A stretch of DNA of 64,000 nt, from contig JAQGDQ010000486.1 of NCBI GenBank assembly GCA_030141605.1, forward strand, positions 104,244-168,243, written 5' to 3'. The position numbers and the translations under genes were made by a program. Position 1 is the first letter of the stretch. Each line of letters opens with the position of its first letter. Source of the stretch: Tubiluchus corallicola (taxonomy: Eukaryota; Animalia; Priapulida). The notes under the pieces are model-generated. The model was not told where the DNA came from and made no database searches. It saw only the letters and a program-made list of their open reading frames with translations. Positions 46,801-57,722 of this stretch are shown piece by piece.

Positions 46801-49800
46801 CATATTATAGTAATACTGTCGATAATAAACACGCAAAAATCGCGATCATTCGGCTAATATAAAAGAAGAAATATAAGTTCATTATATTCTAGCAGTGTTG
46901 GCTAGAGAATTGTAAAACTTCTAGTTTGTAAAAGTAGTGTTTGAATTGAGGATATTTGTCACTAGTGCACTAGTTCCTATGCTGGCGTATTTTTATCAAC
47001 AAGATTAATGTATTGTGTTCATAGCCCAGGCTATAAAACGTTAAGGTTGTTTTCAATTTAAGTAGAGCAATGCATATAAAGCGGCTTCTTGGGTCTTTAT
47101 TAGCTCTAGTAGAGAGACTCAATGGCTACAAAACAGATAATAAAAGACAGTCGGTAACATTGCCTGTGCCACGAACTAGTTGCCAGCATGTATGACAATA
47201 GCTTCTGGTGATTACCATGTTTTCAATGTACAGTCTCACCACTACTGTCCAACAGACTCCAAAACAGAAGTAGTTAGAAACTACGTCACGCTGGTCACTT
47301 TTATGTCCTATTAATAATAAATTAATAACATCACAAACAAACCCGCAGCAATAAAACATGTATAACGTTCAGAATACAGATACATGTACACAGCAAAACT
47401 ACACACATAACAAGCTGCTACATGGCTATCCAGCCAATATGGTTTCGAAGAAAGTGCAGACTGCTCAATAACACAGAGTAGATTTTCTTGGAAGTCTATT
47501 ACATTATTTGCTTTGCACGGTAATCAAATAACTTTGTTAGTAATCAAGATTATCATCTCCTATTAATAGGAATTATCGGGGTAAAACGGTTTTTCTAAAT
47601 TATTACATGTATGTTTCTTGAACCACCATTAGATACATTACATTACAAACAAATAAACAAGACAGATTTAATCAACAGTGAAAGAGACGTTTACTAGAGA
47701 CAAAATCCCTATACAAAAGAACATTGTGGCTCGAGCGCAATAAAGCAGAACAATTAACAATTAATTCATGCAAGTGTTAAAAATAATAAATATGAAACAG
47801 TGTTACATATGGTAGTATTAATAACGCTTTACGCAATTTTATACAGACAATGAATGATTCCTAGTTTGAAAGGCTGATTCTAGAAAAGCCACAATAACCT
47901 TGCATAGTTCAATATCTTCGCTACTCATTATAAAGACAAATTTATCATTGTCATTTGTTGTTGTTATTTGTACATATGCTGCACAAATTTTTGCCAGAAA
48001 GATGCTTCATCACGTACACGAGTGGCGAAAACGTGCACACGTACATGCGTGACGAAGACGTATATAAGCTGTAGGATATGAAAAAACGATCAAAACATCT
48101 TATCATAACAGATTCTTTCAGAGAATTTATTTGAAGAGAACTGAAACGTTTCAATCAAAAGTTTGGACTCCCAACCCGCCGGGCAAAAGGCTAAAAGCTG
48201 TTTCACTTCATGACACATCAAGGCGACAAGGCGGGAAAGTCACAGGTTGACTGATACCAAGAAAAACATCAGGTGACTAGTTCTGTTTTTCATAGGTCTC
48301 TTGTGATAACTGCAAGGTAATGATTACCACACCTAGCTAGCATTTAGCATGACAATGAAAGATCATGGCAAGTTTAATACATCAACCAGGCCCGTGTTTA
48401 GTTGCAACAGCTTTCCAAAAAAAGTGAAAAGAACGACAGCCATACACAATATAGCTAGTCAGTACTCGCTACATTATAAGACATTTAATGAATTAGGAGT
48501 CGAATTTTGGACATTATAAGATTTTTAATTCTGCGGCTTTGTCATCGAACTGACCAATACACAGATGAGATGATCAAGCGATACTAGGTCAAACGCCAAA
48601 TAGATTAGGACACTGGTGCAGAGTGGACAAATATTTTGAAAGAAGAACTACATTGCAGTATTAATTACCAGCCGAATTCAAATTAAAACACAACTCTACG
48701 TATTATTAAATATTAGCCGTGCGGAATTCTTTCAGTTATACTTACATAAAGTTTGTAATGGAACTAGTTAACGACATTTTTGTTTGATTAAAGCAGCAAC
48801 AAATAACTCTTGACAGTTGTAAATTGTGATGAGTGAACCCAGTGGATACACGACAAACGTGATTGGAGGATCACTAAATGGGTCTATATACTCCATCATC
48901 TAGGGTAATGATACAGCAAGAGTCACAGAAGGATGGGAATATGGCGCACTGACACTGAGTAAACTATGCAAAGTACGCAATTTTGATTAAGTATAATTTC
49001 TTACCACTGCAGCTGCCAATTGGCGTTAGTATTACTCAGTACTCATTAACCAATAGAATGCGCTCACCGCTTTCTGAGTATTCTCCAATATGCTGCTGAC
49101 AACCTCAGTGCCATAGCGAGTGTCCAAAAGGACCAGACCTAGGCAAAACCCTTACGAAAAGACCAAGTCACCAAAGGACACAAAAAACGACGGGAAAACA
49201 GAAGCGCTGTGTACGCTTCTCAAAATGAAATCGCAAAGCATAACGGAAATGTAATTTTGATTTAGGTAAAAATGCAATTATAGTGAATTTAGCGCTCGAG
49301 CATCTTAGTTATGGATCCGCCTCGTGCTCTAATCAATCTGGCTTCACCCTTAAAAGGTTCGACCAAGCGTTATTTACATGAATTAGTGGACATAATTAGA
49401 ATAGCTATAATTATCAATATCGATTATATCAGGAGTGCTACCAGCTGCTGAAAACCACAGTCATCAATGAATTTCACACACTCGCCGGGAGTGTGAGCAA
49501 CGTCATAATTCGTTAATCATACATTAAATTTTCAGAAAAAGTGCTATCAAATCAAAGCCCTGTAAACGTTGAAGTTGCGCAATGCATTTGTTAAAATAAC
49601 AGATCAATGGCGCGTTGCATTGCTCGTGCCACGTACTAACTCTTTCATGGTGTATTTGCACTGACGCACGACGCGCTACGATCGACATAAATTCATCAAA
49701 ATATCCATTAGTACAATCATGATTTGTGCGACGCCCTCGTGAATGACGCGAAGCCATTGTGCTGACAGCCTTTAGAAGCCAAATCCTATGAGATTTAACC

Positions 49801-52800
49801 CGATGATTAACGCATCCCTCACTCAGTGACATTGCTTATCTAGATAGGTGTATACTGTATATTATTTAAATGACGAGCTTGCGCATTTGAACCCCACTGG
49901 CATCGAAAAATTAGGTTGCACCCAATTCAGGAATTTTATCTAAAGTCAAACTTAACCAAACTAAGCTTGTATAATATAAGCTTTTACAACCTAAAATCCT
50001 ACTCTCATTACGAATACTCAATTTCTTTTATTATAAACTTACTGTAATAGTTGTTTCTGCTGATTTTTTATCACTTCGTTGCTAGCTGTATTAAATTTGA
50101 AGAACCGCCATTTTTCGTTGCGCGCGACGAATGACGTAATAAGTGCAGTCACGAGGTCACCAAAGGCGCTTTCTGCACTACGTACTTCATTGTCGCTCAC
50201 TTGGGTCAAAGGCGCGAAACATGACAATCTTTACGGCAATGCACGCGTTCGAAATTTTCCAGAATTGTTAATTTACAAGTTTCTTTTATGCAAAAAATAC
50301 TTCTGATAATATATTTATGATAATCATTCAAAAAACTTCAATGTCTATTAGGGTTATACAGGCCTGTAACATGATCAGGCAAGGCCTTTCTTGGTACCTC
50401 GTGTCTTTAACACAAGTGTGAAATATCTACAAATATGCTATTGGTTTAAATATCTGGCACAATTGTAATGTTTACGAAATTTACCATTATGAGAAACAAC
50501 TGGTGCAAAATAGTCTCACTGCCCCTCATAGTTACATGTCAGTACAATATTTATCACTTCAAATCGTCAGTTAAACACAATCTGTTTGCTGCTTATACAA
50601 TCTCCATATCAAACTGCTGTAGGTTCGAGTAAAATATAGAACACCTTCTAATGCTGAATCTTCCCATCTTCTTTAACATTCTTTCACCCAAAGTTTCTTG
50701 CACCAATTTTTCCTTTTAAACTGCTAAATACACTACATTTTTTGTTCTTTTAATTCTTTGTATGTGCTTAAAGAGGCACAGGCACCTAATAAGTTTTACT
50801 TCTGGTTCTTGCCATAATGATATATGCATGCTGTCACATCATAATCATTAATATTAACTGCACTTTTCAATGTTTTCATAAATGGTATAATTACATTTCC
50901 ATATAAATTATTTACTTGCTTACTAACGTGGTCTTACCTGGAAAGAAACTTTATAAATCTTTACCAGCAAGGAAAAAATAATTAAAATCTTTCATTGCTG
51001 CCATCTATGACATTTCAATTATGAATCGTAACCCTCAAATATTGGTACAAACAGCTAAAAACCTATTTATCTAAGCAATTTGTATCATATTGTAAAAATC
51101 CTGCTTATCTGTTATAAAATGAAAGAGACTTCTAAAGCTTTATGGAATATGGAAACACAAAATCTTCTATTTTTGCAACCTGCTTGTAATTACGGGTTTA
51201 TTCTAACGAATGGATTTCCTCTGTTCTACTGATCATAACTTGCATTGTGTATTGGTCTTAGACTTCTTTAAAAATACAAAACAAAAAAATAAAGGCACTT
51301 AAGCGAGTAGCATATAAAAAAAGCCATCACACAGATTTAAATCTTCAGTAACAAGAAACAAATGATAAGATATAGGATCCTAGTTCGTGATGTATATATT
51401 CAAAACTTTCGACATGACAGCTTTGAACAACAGGAGTCGAGAACTTTTCATCAGAAGCACATCACGTGAGAAGTGAGAACTCTCCAGCAAATTGACTTTG
51501 CAGAGCAATTTGGCACTTCTGGGACTCTGGGTGATAGCTGTTTTTGGTAATGCCAAATTCATTCGAGACTCAAAGATCTAGAATGAGTCGCATAAGCATT
51601 TCATGCAGCCACTTTAGAATATCAGGTCATGAAAGTGACATAGGTCAGCTAGGTAAGTTGCTTATAGATTAATATTACTCAATACTCATTAACCAACGAA
51701 TGTGCCCTCAGCTTTCTGAGTATGCTGCTATATGTTGCTGACGACCTCAGTGCCGTAGCAAATCTCTAGAAGGAGTTACACCTAGGCATAACTCTTAAGA
51801 AGCATAGGTTTTCCAGTGCTATTAGGAATTAAAGCAGTGGCAGATTTTTCAAACATGTTAGATGTTCAAAGTCTCCAAGGAGAGGAGAAAGCGTTGGAAT
51901 GAATGTTCCCAATGTTTAGGGGTTAAAGTTGTAAAACCAAATGCAAGTAAAATTTCATAAATGAAAGATCATAGATGAGACACATCTATCAGATTACAAA
52001 AATCCTTTTTCCAGTGCTGAGATGGCCGCCACAGTTCAAATAAAGTCAGTTGGGACTTGAAACTTGGAGCTTCAGTTGAATTGTTTTTGTGAGGGCAGAC
52101 AGTCTACTTCATGTCGGAATTCTAATTTTTAATTTAAAATACAAATCGGACCAGTGGCAGCTCGTGTATAAGTACTGTGGTACTGCAGCAGCCTCTGTTT
52201 TCACTCATTATTATTGATAATATTCTGTATAGTAATCTTTTTTCTTTAGTTATTTCTTTATACTTGTGCGGAACCGGAGCACTTGAGGGAAGTACAATTT
52301 CCTTCACAGCCCAAGCAGCGAGGTATTTGGCTGCTGTGCGCATGTGGCCTTGTGCACATGTCTGAGATAAGATGCTGTACTTTAGATAGAAAGAGTACTG
52401 TTGCTCACTGCAGTACGTGTTGTCAGTTGTCAACACATGCTTAAAAGCCGTGTATCGGCATATTCTTTAACTGTGACAACTTAGGCTATTCGTAAAAAAA
52501 CAATATTTTTTGTTTAGGAGCTTATCAAGGTTATGTTTAAATTAGTTTGTTTGTTTAGAAATACAATCACAACATTATAATTACATATGTTTGTTTCGTT
52601 TTCCACAGTATTAAAACAATGGCTAAAATTTTTTTAATTTTGAGGCACCCCATTAATTTTGGTTACGAGCCACCACTGAATCGGATGCTCAAAATTTTAA
52701 GTTTCACGTGCTATGTAATGTCTAAACATATAAGTTAGTTGTGTCAAATCAGTGCCATTCTTGACTTTTTGTACTACACTAAGCAACTTCATGTCAAAAG

Positions 52801-54231
52801 TCAAAAAGGCTTTTTCATAAACAGTATTTGGCTTGTTTCCAAATGTTTAAAAATTTTATTGTATCTATGGGTGAAAATGATTTGCTTCACCAAATAAATA
52901 GTGAGCAGATATTCCAAACAGGCTATTTTTAAATAGTAGGCTAAACAACTATGACCACTGATCATTGTACATGACTGTAAGAGATAGAATTATTCAACTC
53001 ATAATCACATTAAACTGAGACAGTATCTTTAATTTTTATGTCTTTTCATAAAAACTGTTGCAAGTCATTCTTCATTGTAACTAACTTACTAATTATGCAT
53101 GGATCAATAATCAAGTTTCATTAAGTAATTTAAATTAAGAAGCGATGCACTTAGTGAATCTGCAAAGAATGTAAGAGTGTAAGATGATTAATGACTTTCT
53201 TATTTGCAGTAACAGAATAAATCACAAAAAACTGTCAGAAAAATATCATTAAATATAGTGTGTACGGCTACAGTTATGTATTACATTTGTGAATAATAAT
53301 TTCACTACATTTGAGGTATATTAGGAGAGTAAACCAACAACAAATAACTGGACAAGGTTGTTCTTTGGCTAGCTACTGGATGAGAGATTTGTACAAGAGA
53401 CTTCAATCAGGGCTTACTCACCACGAAAATGATTTTTGAAGCAAATATCTAACGTTTTTTGTTCCAATCTTATCTATATTGTTCTGCAAAGAGGTAATGC
53501 AACAAAAGCAAGGGAACAATTGCTCCTGAAAAACTCGAGGAGCTTACAAACATTGTGCGGTTGTGGAGCTTGTACAATAATTTTACGGGTCTGCTAAAGA
53601 AATTTGGGTTTGTGTTGCAGTGTATATGTTTGATCATATCAGCTGGTTAATGAAAAAAATTACGTTTTTTGTATTACATACAATCATAGTATGATGTTAG
53701 TAGGTATATGATACAAGCTATCTTTGGTTACACCGTGAATACACTGAACTTACTTCATCCCTAAGGATGACACGCCAAGTAAGGACATGGCGGCAGGATT
53801 TCTTTAAACACTATTTTATTCATGCTTTTGAAACAAGTTAGTTTTTGTGGTTACAAAGAGAAGAATTTTGTTTTTTGCTGATGAAATCTGACAAAAATCA
53901 CAAAATATCAATGTAATGCTGAACTATGGAAAATGAAAATACATCGTTTCCATAATAACTATGTTGCAGCACGTCTCTGCACTAATGTCAGACTGAGAAG
54001 TAACGAGGCATAGGTTAAATGACACAATTCCTGTTGTTTATTAACTAGAAGTTTGTGATATTTCATCAGCACTTCCATAAAAGTGCACTGTCTTATTTAA
54101 AAAAGTCGTGTAGAAGGAATCAGCTACAATTATAGCAGTAAGACTACAATTATACTGCAAGTCTACACAAATCAAAAATTGGCATCCACAGCAATTACAG
54201 TAAAAGAATCCTACCCCATAAACCAGTCCAT
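25523..54231 (-). CDS. MOB2: MOB kinase activator 2 (Mob1/phocein family), complete, 270 aa
   Basis: complement join(54215-54231,28774-28934,27320-27416,27040-27164,25523-25935) = 813 nt; MDWFMGKTRRK..., LDHNEWLATN, CAAPQYVDY, DESVFPTKYG, LFHVIAHIYHAHF. Confidence 0.92.
26652..26842. repeat. Tandem duplication, ~99-bp period x2
   Basis: caaagaaaagg...gaaaattctaaacctaatttatgcaaagtttacatgtctcactatca occurs twice. Confidence 0.9.
27040..27164 (-). CDS. MOB2: MOB2 exon: QFLWFDDKGKKCKCAAPQYVDYVTTFIQKTINDESVFPTKYG
   Basis: MOB2-type motif; tgtag/gtaag. Confidence 0.95.
27320..27416 (-). CDS. MOB2: MOB2 exon: IAFFQHINLIYGTLSESCTLTTCPEMKGPQNA
   Basis: Zinc-binding CxxxxC; tttag/gtgag. Confidence 0.93.
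28395..28495 (-). mobile_element. tRNA-derived SINE head
   Basis: A-box-like tggcatagctcaatgg, B-box-like agattcaactcc, then gtcatactttaaaaatgatacc; no intact cloverleaf. Confidence 0.6.
28774..28934 (-). CDS. MOB2: MOB2 exon: KTRRKAQEEKQSPEEAKPYLE...LDHNEWLATN
   Basis: EWLA motif; tttcag/gtgagt; requires a phase-2 upstream exon. Confidence 0.94.
31108..31245. repeat. Palindromic mini-element (aaagtcacagg units inverted around ctaaccct)
   Basis: aaaaagtcacag repeats on the left, ctgtgactttt repeats on the right. Confidence 0.7.
33329..34000 (-). mobile_element. Possible decayed Tc1/mariner-type element
   Basis: ta|tagggtgtc terminus; weak transposase-like remnants (SP...IP..SV, PSYKI) on -. 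Confidence 0.3.
34790..35800. repeat. Degenerate minisatellite, about 13 units of ~65-95 bp (mostly ~80-85)
   Basis: Recurrent gcatgatatccacagcatgctaaatatacaagctagccttgtgagctaccatgagatacaaaccatcaca. Confidence 0.88.
37528..37775. mobile_element. Non-autonomous Helitron/Helentron-like element
   Basis: actagatagcactc start, tgacctttga...aaaatcaat...caagtttggtga core, adjacent microsatellite; family assigned by resemblance only. Confidence 0.45.
37785..37921. repeat. Compound (CGT/CAT/CAC)n trinucleotide microsatellite
   Basis: Direct observation. Confidence 0.97.
38745..38808 (-). mobile_element. Degenerate tRNA-like/SINE head
   Basis: tagtctagtgg A-box and ctggttcg B-box at tRNA-like spacing. 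Confidence 0.45.
40811..40918. repeat. Tandem duplication, 54 bp x2
   Basis: tggtcaccactcaaaaaaattatag...ctaaaacgaaatg occurs twice. Confidence 0.9.
41934..42067. repeat. TTAGGG-containing mini-element, copy 2
   Basis: TIR tttacaattcc / gggaattgtaaac with internal ttagggttaggg. Confidence 0.75.
42230..42462. repeat. Fold-back element with ~70-bp inverted arms
   Basis: atgaaaaggaaacaacttttattaaaactttaaattataaaatgtt versus aacattttataacttaaagttttaatcgaacttgttttcttttcat. Confidence 0.8.
42762..42851. repeat. TTAGGG-containing mini-element, copy 3
   Basis: aaggagtttacaattccctacacaatttaaataccctaaccctaa. Confidence 0.75.
43860..43960 (-). promoter_or_regulatory. Candidate internal promoter in MOB2 intron 1
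   Basis: Two CCAAT boxes on - (attgg at 43891 and 43921) next to a CpG-richer stretch that ends at a gtgagg donor (43094). Confidence 0.3.
49030..49158 (+). repeat. ~128-bp dispersed repeat, copy 1
   Basis: Similar to 51673-51800. Confidence 0.85.
49911..50369 (+). mobile_element. Dispersed non-autonomous element, copy 1
   Basis: Shares tataatataagcttttacaac..aaaatcctactctcatta and its 3' end with 62182-62575. Confidence 0.8.
51673..51800 (+). repeat. ~128-bp dispersed repeat, copy 2
   Basis: attactcaatactcattaaccaa...gctttctgagta...acctcagtgcc...cctaggca. Confidence 0.85.
52152..52678. mobile_element. hAT-type MITE, family B
   Basis: TIR cagtggcagctcgt / acgagccaccactg; 8-bp TSD aatcggac / aatcggat. 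Confidence 0.82.
54215..54231 (-). CDS. MOB2: MOB2 first coding segment ATG GAC TGG TTT ATG GG (MDWFMG)
   Basis: Matches the MDW(L/F)MGK N-terminus of animal MOB2; phase-2 gtagg donor fits the exon starting at 28934. Confidence 0.85.
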
Positions 54232-54925
54232 CGTGTCTCTAATATATTCTGGCAGCCTGTCCAGTATGATATGTCCTTCGACGGTGTTGTATCTTTCCAC
54301 AAACGAAAAAATGAAATTTTGCAAACGCAATGCAATTCAATATGGCAACATTTATTCTAGTTTTCAGTGGCTAGATGGCGCAAAATTCGACACAAATACG
54401 ATCAGCTGATTTTTAGCACCCGCTTGAGACACAGCCTAGCGTGGCCAGTGAAAGTAGCTAGAATGCTAGATGATTGAAGCTGCAGCAGCGCTTAAAGCCT
54501 TTCATATTATAAGGTAGTTTTGAAAGTATGGTAATGATGCAGAATGAGCATGTAACTGCCAAGTCAATGTCTCTTTATCCTAACAATTCTCGTTGTCACA
54601 GAAGGCAAACATTTGCATATATTTGTTACATCTCAATAACATTTGTAGTCAACTTATTCCTTAATTTTTATAATTGCTTAGCCACCATAAAAAAATTTAA
54701 GGAGTGGAGTTCCATCTGTTTCTCTAGCATGTACGTGCAACATGCTTTCTCTTTGCATGTAAATTTCAAATTAAAAACAATATTCATTTTAAAAATAAAT
54801 CAGTTGCTTATTTTGTTTATCACATTGATACACACGGAAACAAACTATTAACTCCAAATTTTTATACATTACCATAAACAGAAAAAAAGACAAATGAGTA
54901 AGAAAGTACGTACTTTAATTAAATA

Positions 54926-54931
54926 TTTATT
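54926..54931 (-). terminator. Candidate ERGIC2 polyadenylation signal
   Basis: AATAAA on - about 260 nt after the stop, followed by a T-rich tract. Confidence 0.5.
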
Positions 54932-55188
54932 GTACAAATTCCTCGATAATAGCATAAAGCAGACATGAGAAAAAATGACAGAATTAATGTAATTACAATA
55001 TCATTTCATTAATTAGCAGCTTCCAGTTTGCCTTGTAGCCTTTGAAGTCAAATTTGCACTGCATGCAACTATAGAAATGATTTCAAGAAAATGCCAAATT
55101 TACAAAAACATATACTAAAGCATAAAAATTAAAAAAATCCCTTATTTACAGAATAAAAATAATTGAAAATCTATATTAAAATTAACTA

Positions 55189-55391
55189 TCAAAGTTGCTG
55201 TACATTTTGGCCTGTAAAACTCGGTAAGGGAATATGTGATGATGTGTCTAATTCGTCATCTGCCAAGTTTCCAAGGTGCTGCAATGGAATAGTCTCTGCC
55301 AGAGTAGGCACTGATGTCTCGCGATAACTGCCAAGCTTATAGCGACAACATATGACGTCATAGATAAACCCGACTAAAGAATGTAGCATAC
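55189..55391 (-). CDS. ERGIC2: ERGIC2 last exon: [23 protein letters not shown]...
   Basis: CCR.KLGSY tail motif; ttcag acceptor. Confidence 0.92.
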
Positions 55392-57634
55392 CTGAAAGAA
55401 ATAATTGTACACAGTATTCAAATTTAATAAATTGAACTTGAAAAATGTTCCACTAACTAAGCTAACCAAATCTGCTATAGTTTCAGAAGTCAAAATGCTC
55501 TGACAAAATCTAAATACTTAGAATGCTTGTAGTCCTTTGATAGCCCACTACAAACAGTTTCAGAAAAAATGGTGCAAGTTGTATAAAATCTAAAATTCTA
55601 CTAAATTCAGCACACTTGGTTCAACACTCTTGGTTCTGATTTTGGAAAGTGATTTTAGAAATGCATCAGTCGGCACAGATTAAGCTGATGCCTCGTAGGT
55701 TTACACTTTTAGCAAGCATTACAATTTGCAAGTCATATCATCCACGTTGACCCTGATCTGCAAACTTCTTATGCCCCATTTTTTTTTACCAAGTAATAAA
55801 GTAAGTTTGCTATGCTAACTTAGACACTTAACGACGCACATTTCATTTTAGCGACAATTTTTTTACTTAGCTTAAAGCCATTTTTTATTTTATCAACAGC
55901 TTTTTTACCTAATTGAAGCATTAAAATGGTATATATTGCATTATTCTGCTCTAATAACACATTAGTAACCTAAACGGTGCAATTATTATCATGTTTTTGC
56001 TTCCCGACTGACGACGTACTAAATTCTAGGCTTTTATGTGCCTCCAGACATCCGAGTTCAAACACAAGCAATTTTGTCTGCAACCTGCTGCATTACTACT
56101 GCATGAAATTGTCTTAAGGTCGCTCCAAGCAGGTCTTGGCTTTCACTACGTAGTGTTTAACCACTAACTGTCTATATATAGGCTTAAATGTTAAGGAAAG
56201 AAAACCGCTAGTAAGTCTAGCTAGCTATTGGTAAGAATGATAGGTGGTTTCAAGCAAACAGAAAGAAATGAATCAGCAGAAATATTAGTAAACTCATAAA
56301 ACTTTTAATGTATATCATTTAAGCAGCACTAATTTTTGCCTCCTGAACTTATTTCAATTCCTTTTATATTACTTCCTATGAAAGTCTTGATTTCATTTAA
56401 CGATGTTTCGCTTAATGTTGCACAATGCTGGAATGCATTTGCATTGTTAATCGAGGAATTACTATTTTCATTAATAACTTTGACAATGATCTGTGTGATA
56501 AAACAATGGTGCAAGTTTGCAGTTGTCATATTTCCCTGCTCTTATAAAACACACACTTAATGAAATTTCTAATGCTCTCTTTTTGGATACTTGCCCGAAG
56601 TTGCAAATATCCCGCCTATGATGCCACATAATCGGACAAGAAACTGCCAATATGATTTATGCTGCTCGGTAACATGAATCTTCAAGCCCGCAACATCGTA
56701 TTTAAAGTATATTCCAGGTATTCCGTGACTACCACCAGCATGATTAACCTCGCGATTCTGAAAAACAAAAATGACTCCAACTCTATAATAAAAAACAGAA
56801 GAATTTTATAAATTCATTTCATTGAGCTGTTATAATAGGTTTTTATCAGTATTTCTGAAAACACACTTCTATAATTTCACTAGGTCATACTATTTGGCTA
56901 ACACTCGACAAACTCTTGCAAAGTTGTAAGACCATCGAATCTTCATACAGGTATAGCAAACACGATTTTGCAAAATGGAAGAACTAATTCTGACAAAGTT
57001 TTTCTTTGCGAATTGCAGGCACAATTAGTAAATAAGCAATTATGCTGCTGAAAAAGAAGCCAAATTTTTTTAACCACCTTGTAACATAGTGACAAACCAC
57101 ACATATAAAATTTAAACTTTTATTCTAAATGTAAATTTCTAAATCTAAATTCTATTACATTCTATTCTAATATCGAATCAATTATAAATTTTTGAATCTA
57201 TTCTAAATTTTTGTAATCTTAGCAAACAGAAAAAGTTTACCACCAGTAAACAAAACTAACCTAAAATTGTAAACTGATTAAATAATGGACAGGACAGCAA
57301 AGAGTAAGCAATTTTAAATGCAAAGTGCAAATAGAATACAATTATTTGGGAGCACAGCTAAAGTTGCAATTAATGCACTTACTCGTTCAGTACACGAATA
57401 TTGATGTGTTTCAGCTTTGGCTGCATTTGTGTTGACTTTAGTCGGCACAACCTTGATAAAATACTGATATAAATGATTCTCTGAAAAAGTAATACAAATA
57501 AAGATCAATCAGTTACTCTGTAATAAACAGCTAAAGGGTTTCCACACTCCAGTTGCAACATATGTGACTTAGTTGATAAGTTGAAAGAGCGAGAGAGAGA
57601 GAGAGAGAGAGAGGGAGGGAGGGAGGGAGGGAGG

Positions 57635-57722
<88 letters not shown>

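Noticed and set aside
28935-54214. Nested protein-coding gene (for example a DUSP8-like gene as near human MOB2)
   Set aside because: I found no exon chain or phosphatase motif by eye. A TBLASTN search is needed to exclude small exons.
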